From Octopus vulgaris (taxonomy: Eukaryota), in assembly GCA_951406725.2 (NCBI GenBank), contig OX597814.1:24800001-24864000 (forward strand): 64,000 nt of DNA, written 5' to 3'. The notes under the pieces were generated by a model. That model saw only the letters and a list, made by a program, of their open reading frames with translations. It had not been told where the DNA came from and made no database searches. A program made the position numbers and the translations under genes. Below are positions 1 to 14,146 of this stretch, one piece after another (within the stretch, counting starts at the first letter, position 1; each line of letters begins with the position of its first letter).

Positions 1-329
1 ACAATGCCTACCAAGCACTTGTATGGGCCTACAGCAAAACCTATGACATCTGGCAAGTGAAATATAATCATTAAAAGACCAGGTTAAGTATTTAAGGGCC
101 AAAGTTAAAAGGTGTTTCTTCACAAAATTATTATCCGAGGATAGGCAGTGTTCTCACAACAATGCGAAAATTAGAGACAAGTTTCTGGCATATCTTACAT
201 AACTCATTTACTAAGGAGTTGAAAAGCAGAACTTACATGGTTAATAATCTAGGGTGACATAGATAGGACATCCTCTAAATGGCAGTTTGTACTTTCAGAG
301 GTAAAGGATGCATTCAGTGGGCTAAGTGG

Positions 330-1290
330 ACTACATATAATATCAAATCAATTGATAGAATTTCATTATATCTTAGGTTGAGACTGTGTATCAAAGTTGC
401 ATACTACAGGTGTGAGATTCGAAGGAAGTGAATATTTATAAATTCCTTAATACATATAATAACTGGTATTATGAATATTAGTAGAATTATTTTGTATAGA
501 AAAGTAATTACTTCTGTAAACATAAAACATGAAACTAAGATAGAAACATGTTCCATATTTCATTCAGAGACCTTATTAAGTTGGATGATTTTCCACAACT
601 GTATGTTTTAGTGAAATTGTTGTATTTTTAGTACATCATACATGTCTTATCTCATACTGACCAAATGATGTTTTTCATGTGTTTGTTGCCACATGTATTG
701 CTTTGAGATTATATTCCATGTTAAGTGATTATTATCTTAATATTATTAGTATTAAGTAATTTTTCAGTGTTCAAAATATCTGCTGGACCTTGACATTGGC
801 ATATTTTGTTATTGGTACATAATTTTGAATATTTTCTTTGGATGTTCACATTGTTCTTTCAAGGTGTGAGTGTATTATTTCTGTATGTTCACAGATTTGC
901 CCTGATACTTTTTACTAACTATATCACGTTAGATGATCACTTTGATTATGACATTTTTCTGTCACTGATTCTGGCTTAGTTCCTAATATGATTCTGTCTT
1001 GGATCATTTTATCAGGGTCATGACACTGATTTGTTATGAAATGTGATCGAGATTGCTGACCGATCCCATTATTCTTGAATTCGAATCTCCTCAACACATG
1101 ATTTCACTTTGGTTTGACATACGTTTTTAAATGATCAAAGTATATTTCGGGAGACTTTTACAACATAAGTCTCATATAGCACTACACTTGAGTTATTTCT
1201 TTACTCTATAATTGGAACAGAGAAAAGTATAAATAACTAGGTCTAATGAAACATTGTATGGAAATTAAATTCATTGTAATGATTTTTGGT
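330..1290 (-). mobile_element. Decayed Gypsy-type LTR retrotransposon gag(-protease) relic
   Basis: Manual minus-strand translation gives FDHLKTYVKPK*NHVLRRF and DPDKMIQDRIILGTKPESV (gag-like), a degenerate double zinc knuckle (TCGNKH...KTC...NNF) and DTQSQ (protease-like). Many stops; the limits are approximate. Confidence 0.6.
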
Positions 1291-2276
1291 AGTGAAAGAA
1301 ACACAATCAGAAATCATTACAATGAAAGAAACACAAAGTTTAGAGAATACAGAGAAATAATTGCTTTGATCATTGGAAAATGAATTGTATTGAAAGTTGA
1401 AATATTACAGAACATTTAAGTAGATATAACTACTATAATAGCTAAAGAATCAGATCACCTAGATTGCACGTTTATGAATTCACCTGTTCTTTATTTTGTT
1501 TCTTTCTGCCGTTTCATTGTTTTCTTTTGTATTGAAAACATTTTTTTTTTTTTTTGCATTTTGTTTTTACATTGGTCTTTATTTTATTATACTTGTATTC
1601 TTATTTGCAATATCCGTTTAAATGTTATAGCTCTGCTGACATTTAATTCCGGTAATGCTGGCCATTATTGTGATGCCACTGGCTGCATTTCATAGTTAGG
1701 GCTATATCGTTCCCTTATTTATTTATTTATTTATTTTTGCTATTTAACTCAAAAGTCTGCCATGATCGAGCCAGACCTATGATCAAAGGCACTGCAGCCT
1801 AATAGCTGGCTTAATTGCAAGTATATTGTATTTTGAATAATACTATCCAATATACCATTTTCTGAAATAATAGGGTGTAATTTTCAAAAGATTTGGTGGC
1901 TATTTCTAGGGTGGTAGAAATGGGCAAAGTTAGACTATCAAGTGTTTTGTTACTTCAAATTCAATGCTTCCCTTTTCTGTAGGTTATGTTAGCTTTTAAA
2001 TAGTTAAAATAAGTATATCTAAGCTATTAGGTTTGATTTCAACAGCTATGCTATTTCCTATATAAGCTGGTGTTGAAGGAAAACATCAACATTTTAAATG
2101 CATGATAAGTATCTTTTAGAGAAAACAAGAAGTTATAAACAATTGCAATCATGAATTTGAGTATTTAAAAACCATTACTAATGCACTAAGGTCTTTTCTG
2201 ATGAATAGTGCATGTATAAACACATACATTTACATATATATATATATATACACACATGCATATATATATATATATA

Positions 2277-2833
2277 TCTTATATAGAATCTGTTCTCTCT
2301 GTCTGTATGTGTGTGTGCATCTTCTTGGATCTCGGGCATCCTCCATCCGATTACACTCAAATTTGATATGTAGATACCGACGGTATCAGGACGTGTATAA
2401 ATCTTGAAAAGATTACAAAAATCGATTCCAGGTGAAAATGTGATCTATAAAGCTGTTTTTGTCCTGCTTTTCTTCCATCAACCTGTACATAACTGCACCT
2501 TCCATTCTTTGTTGTTTTGTACTGCTTAAAGCCACTTTTCTTTCCTGCCAAGTTTACTGTTTAAACCATGTTTGTGTTCTCCCAGTCAACAACCTTATCA
2601 TTACTGGTACTTTGAACTCTTTAGTTGCATATTTGTGTGAATAAAATCGTTTTTCTTTGGAATCGAAAAAAGTCTATCTTTATTTCTTCTTTTGCTGGTG
2701 TCTCAAATTTAGGCTAAATCAGTGTTTCTCAAAGGGGAGGCCTATGGGACGGTCAGACAAGTTGTTTTGAGAAAATTTGGTTTAAATGTTTGACAACTCA
2801 ACACTGTCCATTGGATGGCGGGTATTTTGCTCA
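2277..2833 (+). mobile_element. Non-autonomous Helitron, family A, long form
   Basis: Starts with TC after A inside a (TA)n tract, has a short TG/GTCT tract, a subterminal hairpin (ctgtccattggatggcgg) and a CTCA|T end. Clearly homologous to 57890-58243. Confidence 0.65.
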
Positions 2834-3454
2834 TATATATATGTAAGTAAAGGTGCAGGTATAGCTCTTTTGTTAAGAGGTATGCTTCATGACCACATGG
2901 TTTTGCACTGAATCCTACTTTGTGGCACCTTAACTTAAGTGTCTTCTATCATAGCTCTGCAATGACTAATACCTTCTGAACGAATTTGCTTGATGGAAAC
3001 TGTAGGAAATTTGTGGCATATGTATGCATATTCTAATATTTTGTTTAAGCACAGCAATACTAATAAACTGGTGTTAGGATTCTTTATACATATGCTTCTG
3101 AGAAAAGCATTAGTCAAGTAGAGACAATAAAACAAGAAATTATATAATGTACTTCAATAGCTCACAGCTGTTTCTGCTATAAGATACAATACAGTCATAG
3201 CTAAATGCTTGCCTATCACATTATGGCTTCATTGGGGCTTCAAAACTGAGCTGCAATTTTATTTGGGAAAACATTTGTGATACACAAGAACTCATCTATG
3301 AGTGCATTTCATCGTATAGCAGTAATGTAACTAATGAAATCCATTGCCCTACTTCTTGTTCCATTGTCATTTACATAATCTTGTGTGATATATAAATATA
3401 TATATATATACACATATATATATACGTATATATGAAAAGAAAAGAAAAAGAAGG

Positions 3455-3810
3455 CTCTTTGGATGCTGGGCCTCACTGAAGAAATGACAAGGGACCGGGA
3501 GGTGTGGCAATTTGCTGTACTTGAAAAGACGTGTCAAGCTAAGTAAAAATTACTGTTTCCCACACATACAGGCTTCTCCTTTCAGGTGGCAGTGCTACAT
3601 AAAAGGCACCCCCATTCTGGTGCTGTCTGAATGCACCCATGCCAGTGGCATGTAAAGAGTACCTAGCACATACTGTTAAGTGGTTGGCATTAGGTAGGGC
3701 ATCAAGCTCTAGAAACCAAGCCACAATAGGCAGTCAGAATCAAACCATGCAACCCATGCCAACATGAAAAATGGACATTAAACAATGATGATGGTGATGA
3801 TGATGATGAT
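3455..3810 (+). mobile_element. RTE LINE 3' fragment
   Basis: Matches the ORF end and 3'UTR of the 27053-28926 copy; ends in (GAT)n. Confidence 0.8.
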
Positions 3811-3817
3811 ATTTGTG

Positions 3818-3868
<51 letters not shown>

Positions 3869-3935
3869 GTGTACATATACATACACACATATATATATAT
3901 ATGCATGTTTTCATATATATATACAGATACAAACA

Positions 3936-4363
3936 GGCAGAGGCATGGCTGTGTGGTAAAAAGCTTGCTTTCCAGTCACATGGTTCTGGGTTCAGTCCCA
4001 CTGCATGGCACTGTGGGCAAGTGTCGTCTGTTATAGCCTCAGGCTGACCAAAGCCTTGTGGGTGGGTTTGGTAGACAAAACCTGAAAGAAGCCCATCATA
4101 TATATATATATGTGTATATTTATTTGTGTGTGTTTTTTAGTCTGTGTTTGTCCCCACCACCACCACCACCACCACTACTTGACAATCAGTATCAGTGTGT
4201 ATATGTTCCTGTAATTTAGCAGTTCGGCAAAGGAGACTGATAGAATAAGAACCAGGCTTATAAAATAAATCCTAGGATCAATTTGTTCGATTAAAGTCCT
4301 TCAAAGCAGTGCTCTAGCATGGGTGCAGTCAAATGACTGAAACAAGTAAAAGATTAAAAGAAT
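3936..4363 (+). mobile_element. tRNA-derived CORE-like SINE (family 1) with internal (TA)/(TG) microsatellite
   Basis: A/B-box-like head (tggctgtgtggtaa...gggttcagtccc), a CORE-like tgggcaagtgtc segment and a gactgaaacaagtaaaaga tail. Homologous to 17683-18101. Confidence 0.8.
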
Positions 4364-6339
4364 ACATACATGTATATATCTTTATGCATGTTTATGTATA
4401 CACACACACACATACATACATTATATATATATATATACACAGGCACATGCATTTTCATGTATATGTACTTATATATGTATATATGCATATATATATATGT
4501 ATGTGTTCGTGTCTGTGAGTGTCTGTATACATGTATGTATATACATACATATATGTGTGTGCGTGAGTGTGCAAATGTACATGAATATTCATATCACATG
4601 GTTTTACTTATCACCACCTGACAATGTGATACTGATATTCCTTGTTGATCTCATGACCACTCACTCTGTGCTTTTGAAGACTTGTAGAATAAAACATTCC
4701 TTAGTTGTAAAACAGATAAGGATTAGAAACAGGAAGACCATCCACCTGCGACAGAAAGAACATCCTGCTTCAAATAAGTCATCACCCAACCAAAGAGAAG
4801 TTGGGAAAATGTATGTTAAATGAACAAACGAATATCAGTGTCAATCCTTTCCTTTCATCCTTCAGTGGTCTATAAAAGAAAGTATGCAATTGAGTATTGA
4901 GGTTGATCTAATCGACTATACCCATCACCTGAGCTTGAAGACTTGTGTCTAGGCTAGAAATCAATAGATATGTGTGATTGTGTGTGTGTGTGTGTGTGTA
5001 TGTCTGTGTTTGTTTCTATACATATATATAATCACATATGCACAGAAACATATACATATACATAAATATATGTATGTGTATAAACTGCACAGAGGTTTTT
5101 GTGATCTCCATCACTCAAAGTAATTTATCTTAAAACTACTTTTGGATAAGAAGATCTAAAACTAACAATATTTTTGAAAAACCAACACCAATATTTCTAG
5201 AAAGAAACTGAAGAAATTGTTTCACATTTCTTCCTCTGAAGTTGCCTGTTTATTTCAAAATAAACAGATAAATAGATAAAAATAAAAAATCCAACCAAAC
5301 AAACAAATAAATATGTATGATTAGATGAATAGCATTTGAAGAAAATAAAGTTCTAATGAATGAAAAATGAGAATAACAGACTTCTTTGAAGTGACTTTCA
5401 ATTTTCAACTGATAGATGTCTGAACATTAATTTTAGAAAAAAAGTTTTTAATATTCTCCATAAGATGTAATTGGCTGTTGTTGCCATTGTTGTTGTTGCA
5501 CAATTCAGTCCTGATCAAATGGTGTGTAGGCAGTCAACCAACTGATGAAGTGTGACCCACAGATCCATCTTCTCAGTTACTGCATGTGTCTATCTATGCT
5601 GAACTCTGCACAATACAGTCTTAGCCCATAGCTGTGAATAAATCGTGACAGTTTTGAGGTTATGGATTTTACTCATTTGAGGAATGTGACAAGATATTTC
5701 TAGAAGCATAGTTTTTAGTTACCTAATGACAAGTTACAAATAGTCTGGGGGTGGAAATATATTTTCAGCCAGGAATAATTGGTTGGTGCTGACCTGGCAA
5801 TACTTCAACCAGTTAGCTGGCTCGAAGAATTTGTGCAGGAAGGTTATGCGGTGTATTGCCTTCATTAGGCAGTGAATGGACAAACCAGTGAATTCAGAGA
5901 CATTTATTTTGTAGGTAAATCTGGATTTGGAACCAGGAAAGAGATCAAGGGTATGTTGTTGTGTTCATTAAGGATACAGATAGGATACCACTTAGTGCAG
6001 ATATTTCAGAATGGGAATAAATTTGGCTTCTGTGCCAGAAGTGTTGTGTAGAAAGAGTATGCAAGCCAGGGAAAGCTGTGTACTTCAACATCTTCATGTA
6101 TGACAACTTCATAAAAAGAAATTATGAGATAAATGCTTTGAATGCTGAAAGGAAAATAGACAATAGCTGATGCTGATTGAAGGAGTTTAGTGAGCAGAAA
6201 CCCATTGTATAAAAAGAAAATAGCTTAGAATGTAAAAATACACTTCTATGAATAAATCTTTAAGATTTAAAATATTTTCTTTAGAATGTAGACAATTTTC
6301 CAAAATAGTATTTAAAATATTATATTCATTCTTCTTTGG

Positions 6340-7003
6340 ACTTGACACATGAAGTTAGCAGTTCTTGTGTTTCATATGCTCTGCTGGAGCATATGCAAAG
6401 TGTCAGTGTGCATATACAACAGAGTGTAAGTGATTTGAGAGAAAAACTGAGAATACAAAGCATTGGATGAAGTATGCAAGAGGGAAGAATTTGATGGTAT
6501 GGTCATGTAATGCATATGAATGAAGACAGTTGCACCAAGAGGCACCAATCTCTAATTGTAGAGGGAACATGTGGAAGGGGTAGACCCAGGAAGATGTGGT
6601 ATGAAGTGGTGAGAATGGATCTACAGATGTCGGGACTCACAGTGGGGATAACAGGGAACTGAGATTTTTGGTGGTTTGCTATACTGGAGAAGATATGTCA
6701 AGCTAAGTAAAAACGTGGTTGTCCTTGCATACAGGCTCATCCCCTGCAACCTTCTCCAGCTGAGCATTCCTAATCTTGTGGGCTCATAGGTGCTGGTGCC
6801 ACCCAGACCAGTGCCACGTAAAAGCACCCATGCCAGTGCAATGTAAGAACACCCAGTACACTAAAGTGGTTGGTGTTAGGAAGGGCATCCAACCATAGAG
6901 ACCATGCCAAAACATGGAGCAGTTCCCCAGCTGGCCAGCTCCTGTCAAACCATCCAACCCATGCCAGCATGGAAAGCTGATGTTAAATGATGATGATGAT
7001 GAT
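6340..7003 (+). mobile_element. RTE LINE 3' fragment (degenerate)
   Basis: Encodes a decayed WYGHV...GTCGRGRPRK segment, followed by the 3'UTR and a (GAT)n tail. Confidence 0.85.
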
Positions 7004-7708
7004 GGGGATTGCGATTGTATCTTCAGATTTAAGTGAATCCAACCAGTTGCTGGTGCAGTTCGTTCTTCATCTAACTGTTGCCAATCAGATATTCAATTAG
7101 ATCAAGGGTGATGAGGCCGAGACAATACTTATTGTTCATGGCTAACATAAGCACCTTAACAATTAGCAAAAGCATTGTATATGTTATTAAACCACACTTG
7201 CAGCTACGTGGTTGCTGGCTCTACTTCATTTTTCTAGTTCTACGTTAAATTTTTAAAACTTCACCATGATTTTATAACCTTTCAGAATAATAGATGTTTA
7301 TTTCTTAATTTTTGTTGTCTTAATTTTCAGCTGTTATAACAAGTATAAATGTTAAATAAATGTAGCTGATTAAAAGTAATATTAGAATTCTTTTATATTC
7401 CCATGAAATCTCATTTTATTTGTCAATCTCACCATTTATTAATTCCTGCTTAAATTTAATAGGAGTCACTTTTGTTAGATTGCCTGTATTTAGATATTAT
7501 TTTGTTCTTAGAAAGAAAGTTTTAAATTACTGAATTCAATTACCATTACCATTTTGATAGTCATTATTTAGACCTACTAAATATTTTGAGTTAGAAAATG
7601 TACAAAAATGTTACATGCACTGATTGACTAATGAACATTGATGATCTTAACTATTCTCTTCTGATTATTAATGTAATGTAGTAATATATAATAATAATAA
7701 TAATAATG

Positions 7709-7753
<45 letters not shown>

Positions 7754-9829
7754 TATGTTCCTAAAATAAGTGTTATAATTGTCATCTATGAAAAAAGTTA
7801 TTACTACAGTGAGTAGAATGAACTCCTGTTGGCATTACATATATCTTGTGACTAATCTATAAGATTAGATTCCAAAGGATATATGAGATATAAACGTGCA
7901 AATTATGTAAATGTTTTATTATGATTCACAGAAGAAATTGGAAAAATAATAAAAATGCCAAAGAAAATCTCAAATTACCTTCTGTGAAATTATTCCTGAA
8001 TGGAATAAAATATAGCAGACTGACATAAATTTAGTCCACATGATATGGACATTATAACAAATCTGCATTATGATTCAAAACTGTGGAATTTTTATAGAGA
8101 TCAACCAGTCAATAAATTCTTGTTGCCATCTTTTGCTTAGAAGTCAAATATGAGATTAATGTTTCCAGGAGATAAATATCAACCCTACTTTGAAATAGTA
8201 ATTTTTTTCTAATAATTATTTATCTTCCAAAGAGAATTTTAAATTCTAATGAATATTTAAATAAATAATTATCACGAATCCTGCTGAACAAAATGATTTG
8301 ACTCAACTTTTGTATTGTTTTGACCTTCAGATTATAGAATAATTTCTGATATTAGCTGATTGCAATGGAATGTTGCTATTCAGATCAAGCCCCATGGCAT
8401 AAAATATGTATATTAAGCCTCCAGGAATGTTCGAAATATATGGAAACATGTTTGATGAGGTCATAAAGGCTCCTTTCCCTTTTTGGACTTATCTACAAAT
8501 CACAACAGTCATTCCAGCATTTCATTACCCATGGCATTGTCATGTGTGCAAATATGAAACCTGATGGATGATAAATTGTAAATAAATAAATATATGAAGG
8601 AATGCAGCCTTTTATTGCATCTCATTATTTCTGATATAGTTCTTTATGAAAATGTCTACCAGTGTGTTTATTCATTGAAACAAAAGTACAGTTGCAATTT
8701 TCTTAAGTAAACTCTGCAAATAAATAGATAAAACAACATTCCATCAGTAGAATATCTGATAACATTCCTAAAGATAGGTTTTGTCGTTTTTCCTTTTTTT
8801 TGCTTAAAAAAGGTTATTCAAATCATCTTTCATTTTCTGCTTTTATTATGTTTATTGTCCTTTCAAATATTTTTATCTTAATTTACTCTTTTCTATTTGT
8901 CTTTATCTATATTTTTCTTTCTCTTTCTCACCTTCTCCCTTTTTCCTCTTCTACTTCAATTGATATACACTCCCACAGGTACACATTCAGTAAAAAAATG
9001 TTGTTTTCAAAAACACAAAAGACAATAAATAGATAAAAAAAGGGGACACTAATTTTTTTGCATTTGCTATATTCCATCAATTTCTTCATGTTTTCATATG
9101 GAGGGTGGTATTCACAAATTAGGTGCTAATAGTTTTAAAAGCTGGGTATCTTTCTTACTGCTAATTACTCATCCATGAAATAGGAACTGAAGCCAGTTGC
9201 CAGCCAATCAGATTGATGTAGATATAGTAAAGATCTTTATTATTGATATCACTCAACAGCTATAGTAAAGCTTGAACTCATGGATACATGGTTACAAATA
9301 TGTAATCTTAAATTCACATGACGATGAGTTGCGATATTAAATTACATTTAATACGATTGGATTTTATTTAAGAATAAGAAATGATAGGATTAAAAACATA
9401 ATAAACTCTCCAAAGAATCAGTTTAAAATTAGATTTCTAGATAGATCTTGTAAATTGTTGCCAATATAATCTTGTTTAGAAGTTTTGCTGATATGAAAAA
9501 TCTGTTAAATTCTATTAGTTAATCTATCTAAAGCATGGTAGATTACATATCATTAGGACATTGGACAAATTCTTTGTGATATTTGTGCCAGTTCTTTACA
9601 TTCTAAGCTCAAATCATGCTGAGATCATCTTAGATTTCACCTTGTTTTGAGTTAATAATGTAAGGTACTGCTTAAATCTTGGGTCAATTTAATCAGCTAC
9701 TTCTCACCCACATATTTCTGGCCTTGTGCCACTGTAAGACCTTTGTGTTACATGCCGAAATGAAGTAAGTCACTGGTGAGTAACTTACCCCAAATGTTTG
9801 TTTTATTTTTTTTTTTTTTTTTTGTCTGG

Positions 9830-10000
9830 AGAAAGGAGCCAGGCTCGTGGCTTTCATAAGCTTTTCTATATGATGAAATTAATGCCATTACTATTCCCCT
9901 TCAAACCTTTGTAAGTCTACACCTGCTAGAATGACATGAGCAGGGAGGGAATTCCAAAAGGCTAATGTTCTGAGAAGAAAGGCATTGTACAGGTCTGGAG
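9830..10000 (-). mobile_element. Old CR1/L2-like LINE 3' end
   Basis: Minus-strand translation FLLRTLAFWNSLP resembles the RT...WNxLP C-terminal motif; a T-run lies next to it. Confidence 0.4.
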
Positions 10001-10461
10001 GTTGGGGGATGCAATAATAGTGAAATCAATGTATGGCTGAAATAGCTTACATCATATATGTAGAGAGGTCAACTTATTGGAAAGACAGCAATGGAATGTT
10101 CTCCATTTGATTGCAAACAAAACAAAACATAACAAATTTAATAAATACAGCTAGCACTTGATATGATACATAGGCATTTTAAGCAATATTTCACTTAATT
10201 TCTTTGCTGTACTTGGAAATTTGTTGCATACAAACTTTGTTGTATACAAACTTTGACTTCCTTTGCAAATTATGTACAAATACCAGTGAGTAACCAGCAC
10301 TCAGATTTCTTCAATTAACAAAAAATCTGATTTCATCTTGAAATCTTTCTGTGTGACCATTTATTCCTTTCTAAGTTTTAAAACGTGTCCATACACAAAC
10401 ACACAGCAAAGAGGAACAATTGATTTTGAATGAATATAGAACATAAATTTATCATGAGTAA

Positions 10462-10562
10462 ATGAAATTTAAACTAAACTGTGGAATATGCTTTTTGTCA
10501 CATACAAACCTCACTCTTCTTGGAAGAAGTTATTTCACTCCACCTCATATCATTCATGTCAG
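10462..10562 (+). other. Tentative exon 1 of an unidentified spliced transcript
   Basis: Open frame from ATG (MKFKLNCGICFLSHTNLTLLGRSYFTPPHIIHV) ending at a CAG|GTAAGC donor. No homology recognised. Confidence 0.2.
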
Positions 10563-10623
10563 GTAAGCATGAATATCATCCAATTCATTTCTATATTTGG
10601 TGGGGGCCAAATTCAACAATGGA

Positions 10624-10802
10624 TTCTGCTTTCCATGCTAGCATGGATTGGACGATTTGACTGAGGGCTGGCGAACCCGATGGCTGCACCAAGCTGCCAG
10701 ATCAAGTTTGGAGCCTGGTGCAGCCATCTGGTTCACCAGCCCTCAGTCAAATCGTCCATCCCATGCTAGCATGGAAAGCGGATGTTAAACGACGACGACG
10801 AC

Positions 10803-10862
<60 letters not shown>
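10624..10862. repeat. Inverted (head-to-head) pair of RTE 3' tails forming a hairpin, followed by (GAC/GAT)n
   Basis: 10624-10695 is the reverse complement of 10712-10783 (about 90% identical by eye), with a 16-nt spacer. Confidence 0.85.
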
Positions 10863-11788
10863 AGTAATTATCAACTCTTTTAAACTACAAACAAATAAAC
10901 AAATTACTTACTTCGATGGATATTTGATTCCTTAGGAATAATCCTGAATTCTTCTAGCTGCAGTCTACTAAACTAAATTCAGGGGCAAAAGTGTGTGAAA
11001 GATTTCACGATATAGTCCTAATCACATTATATATTTTATCTAAAATTTCACAAACAATGGCATCATTGGTTATAGGTTTCCAATAAGCCAATTATTAATT
11101 CACTGCATTTACAGTTGTGGGAGTGATAAGAGAGTATCTGTGGTTTGATGAAGAACAAATATACCAAGGAAGTTCATTTATAAAACTCCAATTTTCAGTT
11201 TATTCATTGATGTTTACCTCTTTCATCAGTGCCAGAATATAAAATTGCTTATAAGACAATGATTTAACAAAAGACTTTATACTCTGTCTCTTTACCAAAA
11301 ACTATTTTCATGGATTTAACACATATACATATACCCAACAAGTTCCTTAAAGTAATATCACACAAACTAAAACTGCTCCATTTGAATACATACATACATA
11401 CATACATTCATACATACATACATACATACATACATACATACATACATACATACATACATACATACATACATACATACATACATACATACACATAATGTGT
11501 ATAAGCATGTAAATGACAGGTTTACACATAGTTTTTTCATCTTTCAACTCTTGACTTTATTAGAAGACACTTCTTCAAAGGGCTGTGCAGTAGGATCAGA
11601 ATAACACACCCATATCTGCACCCATTTATTTAAATGGATAAATAGCTTTAGTTTCTAAGTTTGATTTCTATTGCAGAGTTAACCATTTTGCATAGAACTG
11701 TTCATGAGAAAATGATTCAACAGAAAGAATATGTAACTGTCTTTATGAAAATCCCTTCATTCAACATGAGAAACATTCTGTTAGATTA

Positions 11789-12174
11789 CTCTTTTACTCT
11801 TTTACTTGTTTCAGTCATTTGACTATGGCCATGCTGGAGCACCACCTTTAGTCGAGCACATCGACCCCAGGACTTATTCTTTGTAAACCCAGTACCCACT
11901 TTATCGGTCCTTCTTGCCAAACCACCAAGTTACGGGGACGCAAACACACCAGCATCGGCCAGCAAGCGATGTTAGGGGGACAAACACACACACACATGTA
12001 TATTTACATATACATATATACAGCAGGCTTCTTTCAGTTTCCATCTACCGGATCCGCTCACAAGGCTTTGGTCAGTCCGAGGCTATAGTAGAAGACACTT
12101 GCCCAAGGTGCCACGCAGTGGGACTGAACCCGGAACCATGTGGTTGGTACGCAAGCTACTTACCACACAGCCAC
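11789..12174 (-). mobile_element. CORE-like SINE family 1
   Basis: Reverse complement of 17683-18101. Confidence 0.85.
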
Positions 12175-12506
12175 AATCATATGGTTACACTACATGCTAA
12201 CCTGTTCAAACCTGACTGCTTTGCAAAAATCAAGCTTCAGGAGACATACCCAAAGTGACAAAGTACAACCTATAGTTGCAGACATAGCTGTGTGCAACAG
12301 TATGGTTTTCTTTGATCCTAGTTATTGACCTTTGGGCACACCTTGAGACCTCAGCTTACTTCTTGTTTCTAAAATGGATTTTAAGAAGGTAGAGTTATGC
12401 ATAAGTCCACCAGGTTATGATTTAGAAGGTGGAGGTTAATACAATAAGTTTTTAACACACAATGAGTTAATAAGTTGGGAAATGCTGTCCCTCTGAGAAT
12501 CTCTCT

Positions 12507-13810
12507 TGTAAATTATGACATGACACAGGGTACTGCTCTTATATTACTATGCATATTTTTTACATCGTACATCACAAACATGGGACATCACACTTTGTGT
12601 GCACATCTTAACATAAAGTCACTTTCATTACAGCTCCCTTCTTTACAAACATTGCAAGAGGTATCGTTATAGTCAATATACACACAAAGTTTAAGTTATA
12701 GCAATATTTGGAACTTAAATTATCAGTATCTGTTGAATGTAAATAATGTACATAATACCTCATCTCTTAAATATAGAACTGTATTAAATTATCAGTGGAG
12801 GTGCAATGGCCTAGTGGTTAGGGCAAGCGGACTCGCAGTCGGAGAATCGCGGCTTCGATTCCCAGACCAGGCGTTGTGTTGTGTTATTGAGCGAAAACAC
12901 CTAAAAGCTCCACGAGGCTCTGGCAGGGGGTGGTTGCGACCCCTGTTGTACTCTTTCGCCCCAACGTTCCCTCACTCTTTTTTCCTGTTTCTTGAGTAAT
13001 GCTGCGATGGACTGGCATCCTATCCAGCTGGGCGGAACACATACGCCATAGAAATTGGGAAACCGGGCTCATGAGTCTGGCTAGGCTTCAAAATGGTGGA
13101 AAAAAAAATTAAATTATCAACTTTAAATAAACTCAATTATGTTTTCATTATCATTCTGATAAAGCAACTTTCTTCAAAGTCCATGAATGTATCTCCTTTA
13201 AATTCAACTGTCCATAGATGAATTTCTTTTTTTTTTCCCTTAAGAAAATAATCTTTTTAACTTCTTCAAACATGGAGAGAATAATGAAATATATTTTCTA
13301 GCAATTAACACAGTTCAACTTGTTTAACTTGAAATTCAACATTTGAGAACATGTAAAAAAAGGCATGTCTCGCAATTGTCAGATTTTTCTTAGGTGCACA
13401 GAATTCCTGAAACTTTTGCTTCACTTTGTCATAATTCTTGCTATCAGTGTCCTCACTCCACTCAAAAGACTTATACATTTGAACTGCACCCTCTACCACC
13501 ATGTGTAGTAGAGCAGCACACTTCACATTCTGTGATTTAGTGGTGATTCCACTAGCCATAAGGTAAAGTTCAAGCCTTTGTAGCTACCATTTCCAGTTCT
13601 CAGCTACATTGCTTCGAGATTAATCCCATTCGGGCTTCTTATTTGATCTATTCAGATGATTATTCAATCCCTCTTCTGACACCAAGTAAATTATGACACA
13701 GGGTGCAGTCATTACTATGCGTACTTTTTATGTCATACATCACAAACTCATGACATCACACTTTGTGTGAACATCTTAATGTAAAGTCACTTTCATTACA
13801 CCTCATTTCT
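12507..13810 (-). mobile_element. Internally deleted Gypsy relic: LTR remnants, tRNA-Leu PBS and gag N-terminus
   Basis: Direct repeats at 12507-12645 and 13686-13810. The minus-strand sequence TGGTGTCAGAAGAGGGAT (13667-13684) abuts the upstream repeat and matches a tRNA-Leu PBS at 17/18. ORF 13305-13559 (ASG...KCAALLHMV...KVKQKFQEFCAPKKNLTIARHAFF) is a typical Gypsy gag N-terminus. Confidence 0.8.
12795..13107 (+). mobile_element. tRNA-derived SINE (family 3) nested in the Gypsy relic
   Basis: A box tggcctagtgg, B box gcttcgattcc, A-tail, and a 12-bp TSD ATTAAATTATCA at 12783-12794 and 13108-13119. Confidence 0.85.
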
Positions 13811-14109
13811 ATCAGTAGCCTCAGATCAACCAAACTCTATGGTGAAATTTGATAAATGAAAACTGAATGAAAACACCCTGAAAGGTCTCCTTCTGTTCTT
13901 GGATGGTAGTAATTTTCCACCAAGGTTATAACAACTTCAGTATAAAATGAATCCTATGAAAATTTGAAAGTTAATGTGGTTGGAATAATAATGACAAGAA
14001 TGAATTTAATCCTATTTTGAGTAATTGTTTCCATGCTGAAAGAAATATCTTAATACTTCAATATTTGTAGAATATATTTCACTTGAGCATGCTACCACCT
14101 TTCTCTTAG

Positions 14110-14146
14110 GTGTCTTCATAAGAAACCACTTGATTACAATCCAAAG
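14110..14146 (+). other. Tentative internal micro-exon (37 nt)
   Basis: cttttctcttag| acceptor and AAG|GTAAGT donor; open frame CLHKKPLDYNPK. Confidence 0.35.

Noticed and set aside
12797-12870. tRNA gene (also the heads at 17683, 42881 and 50772)
   Set aside because: A/B boxes are present, but there is no complete cloverleaf and each runs into a repeated SINE body.
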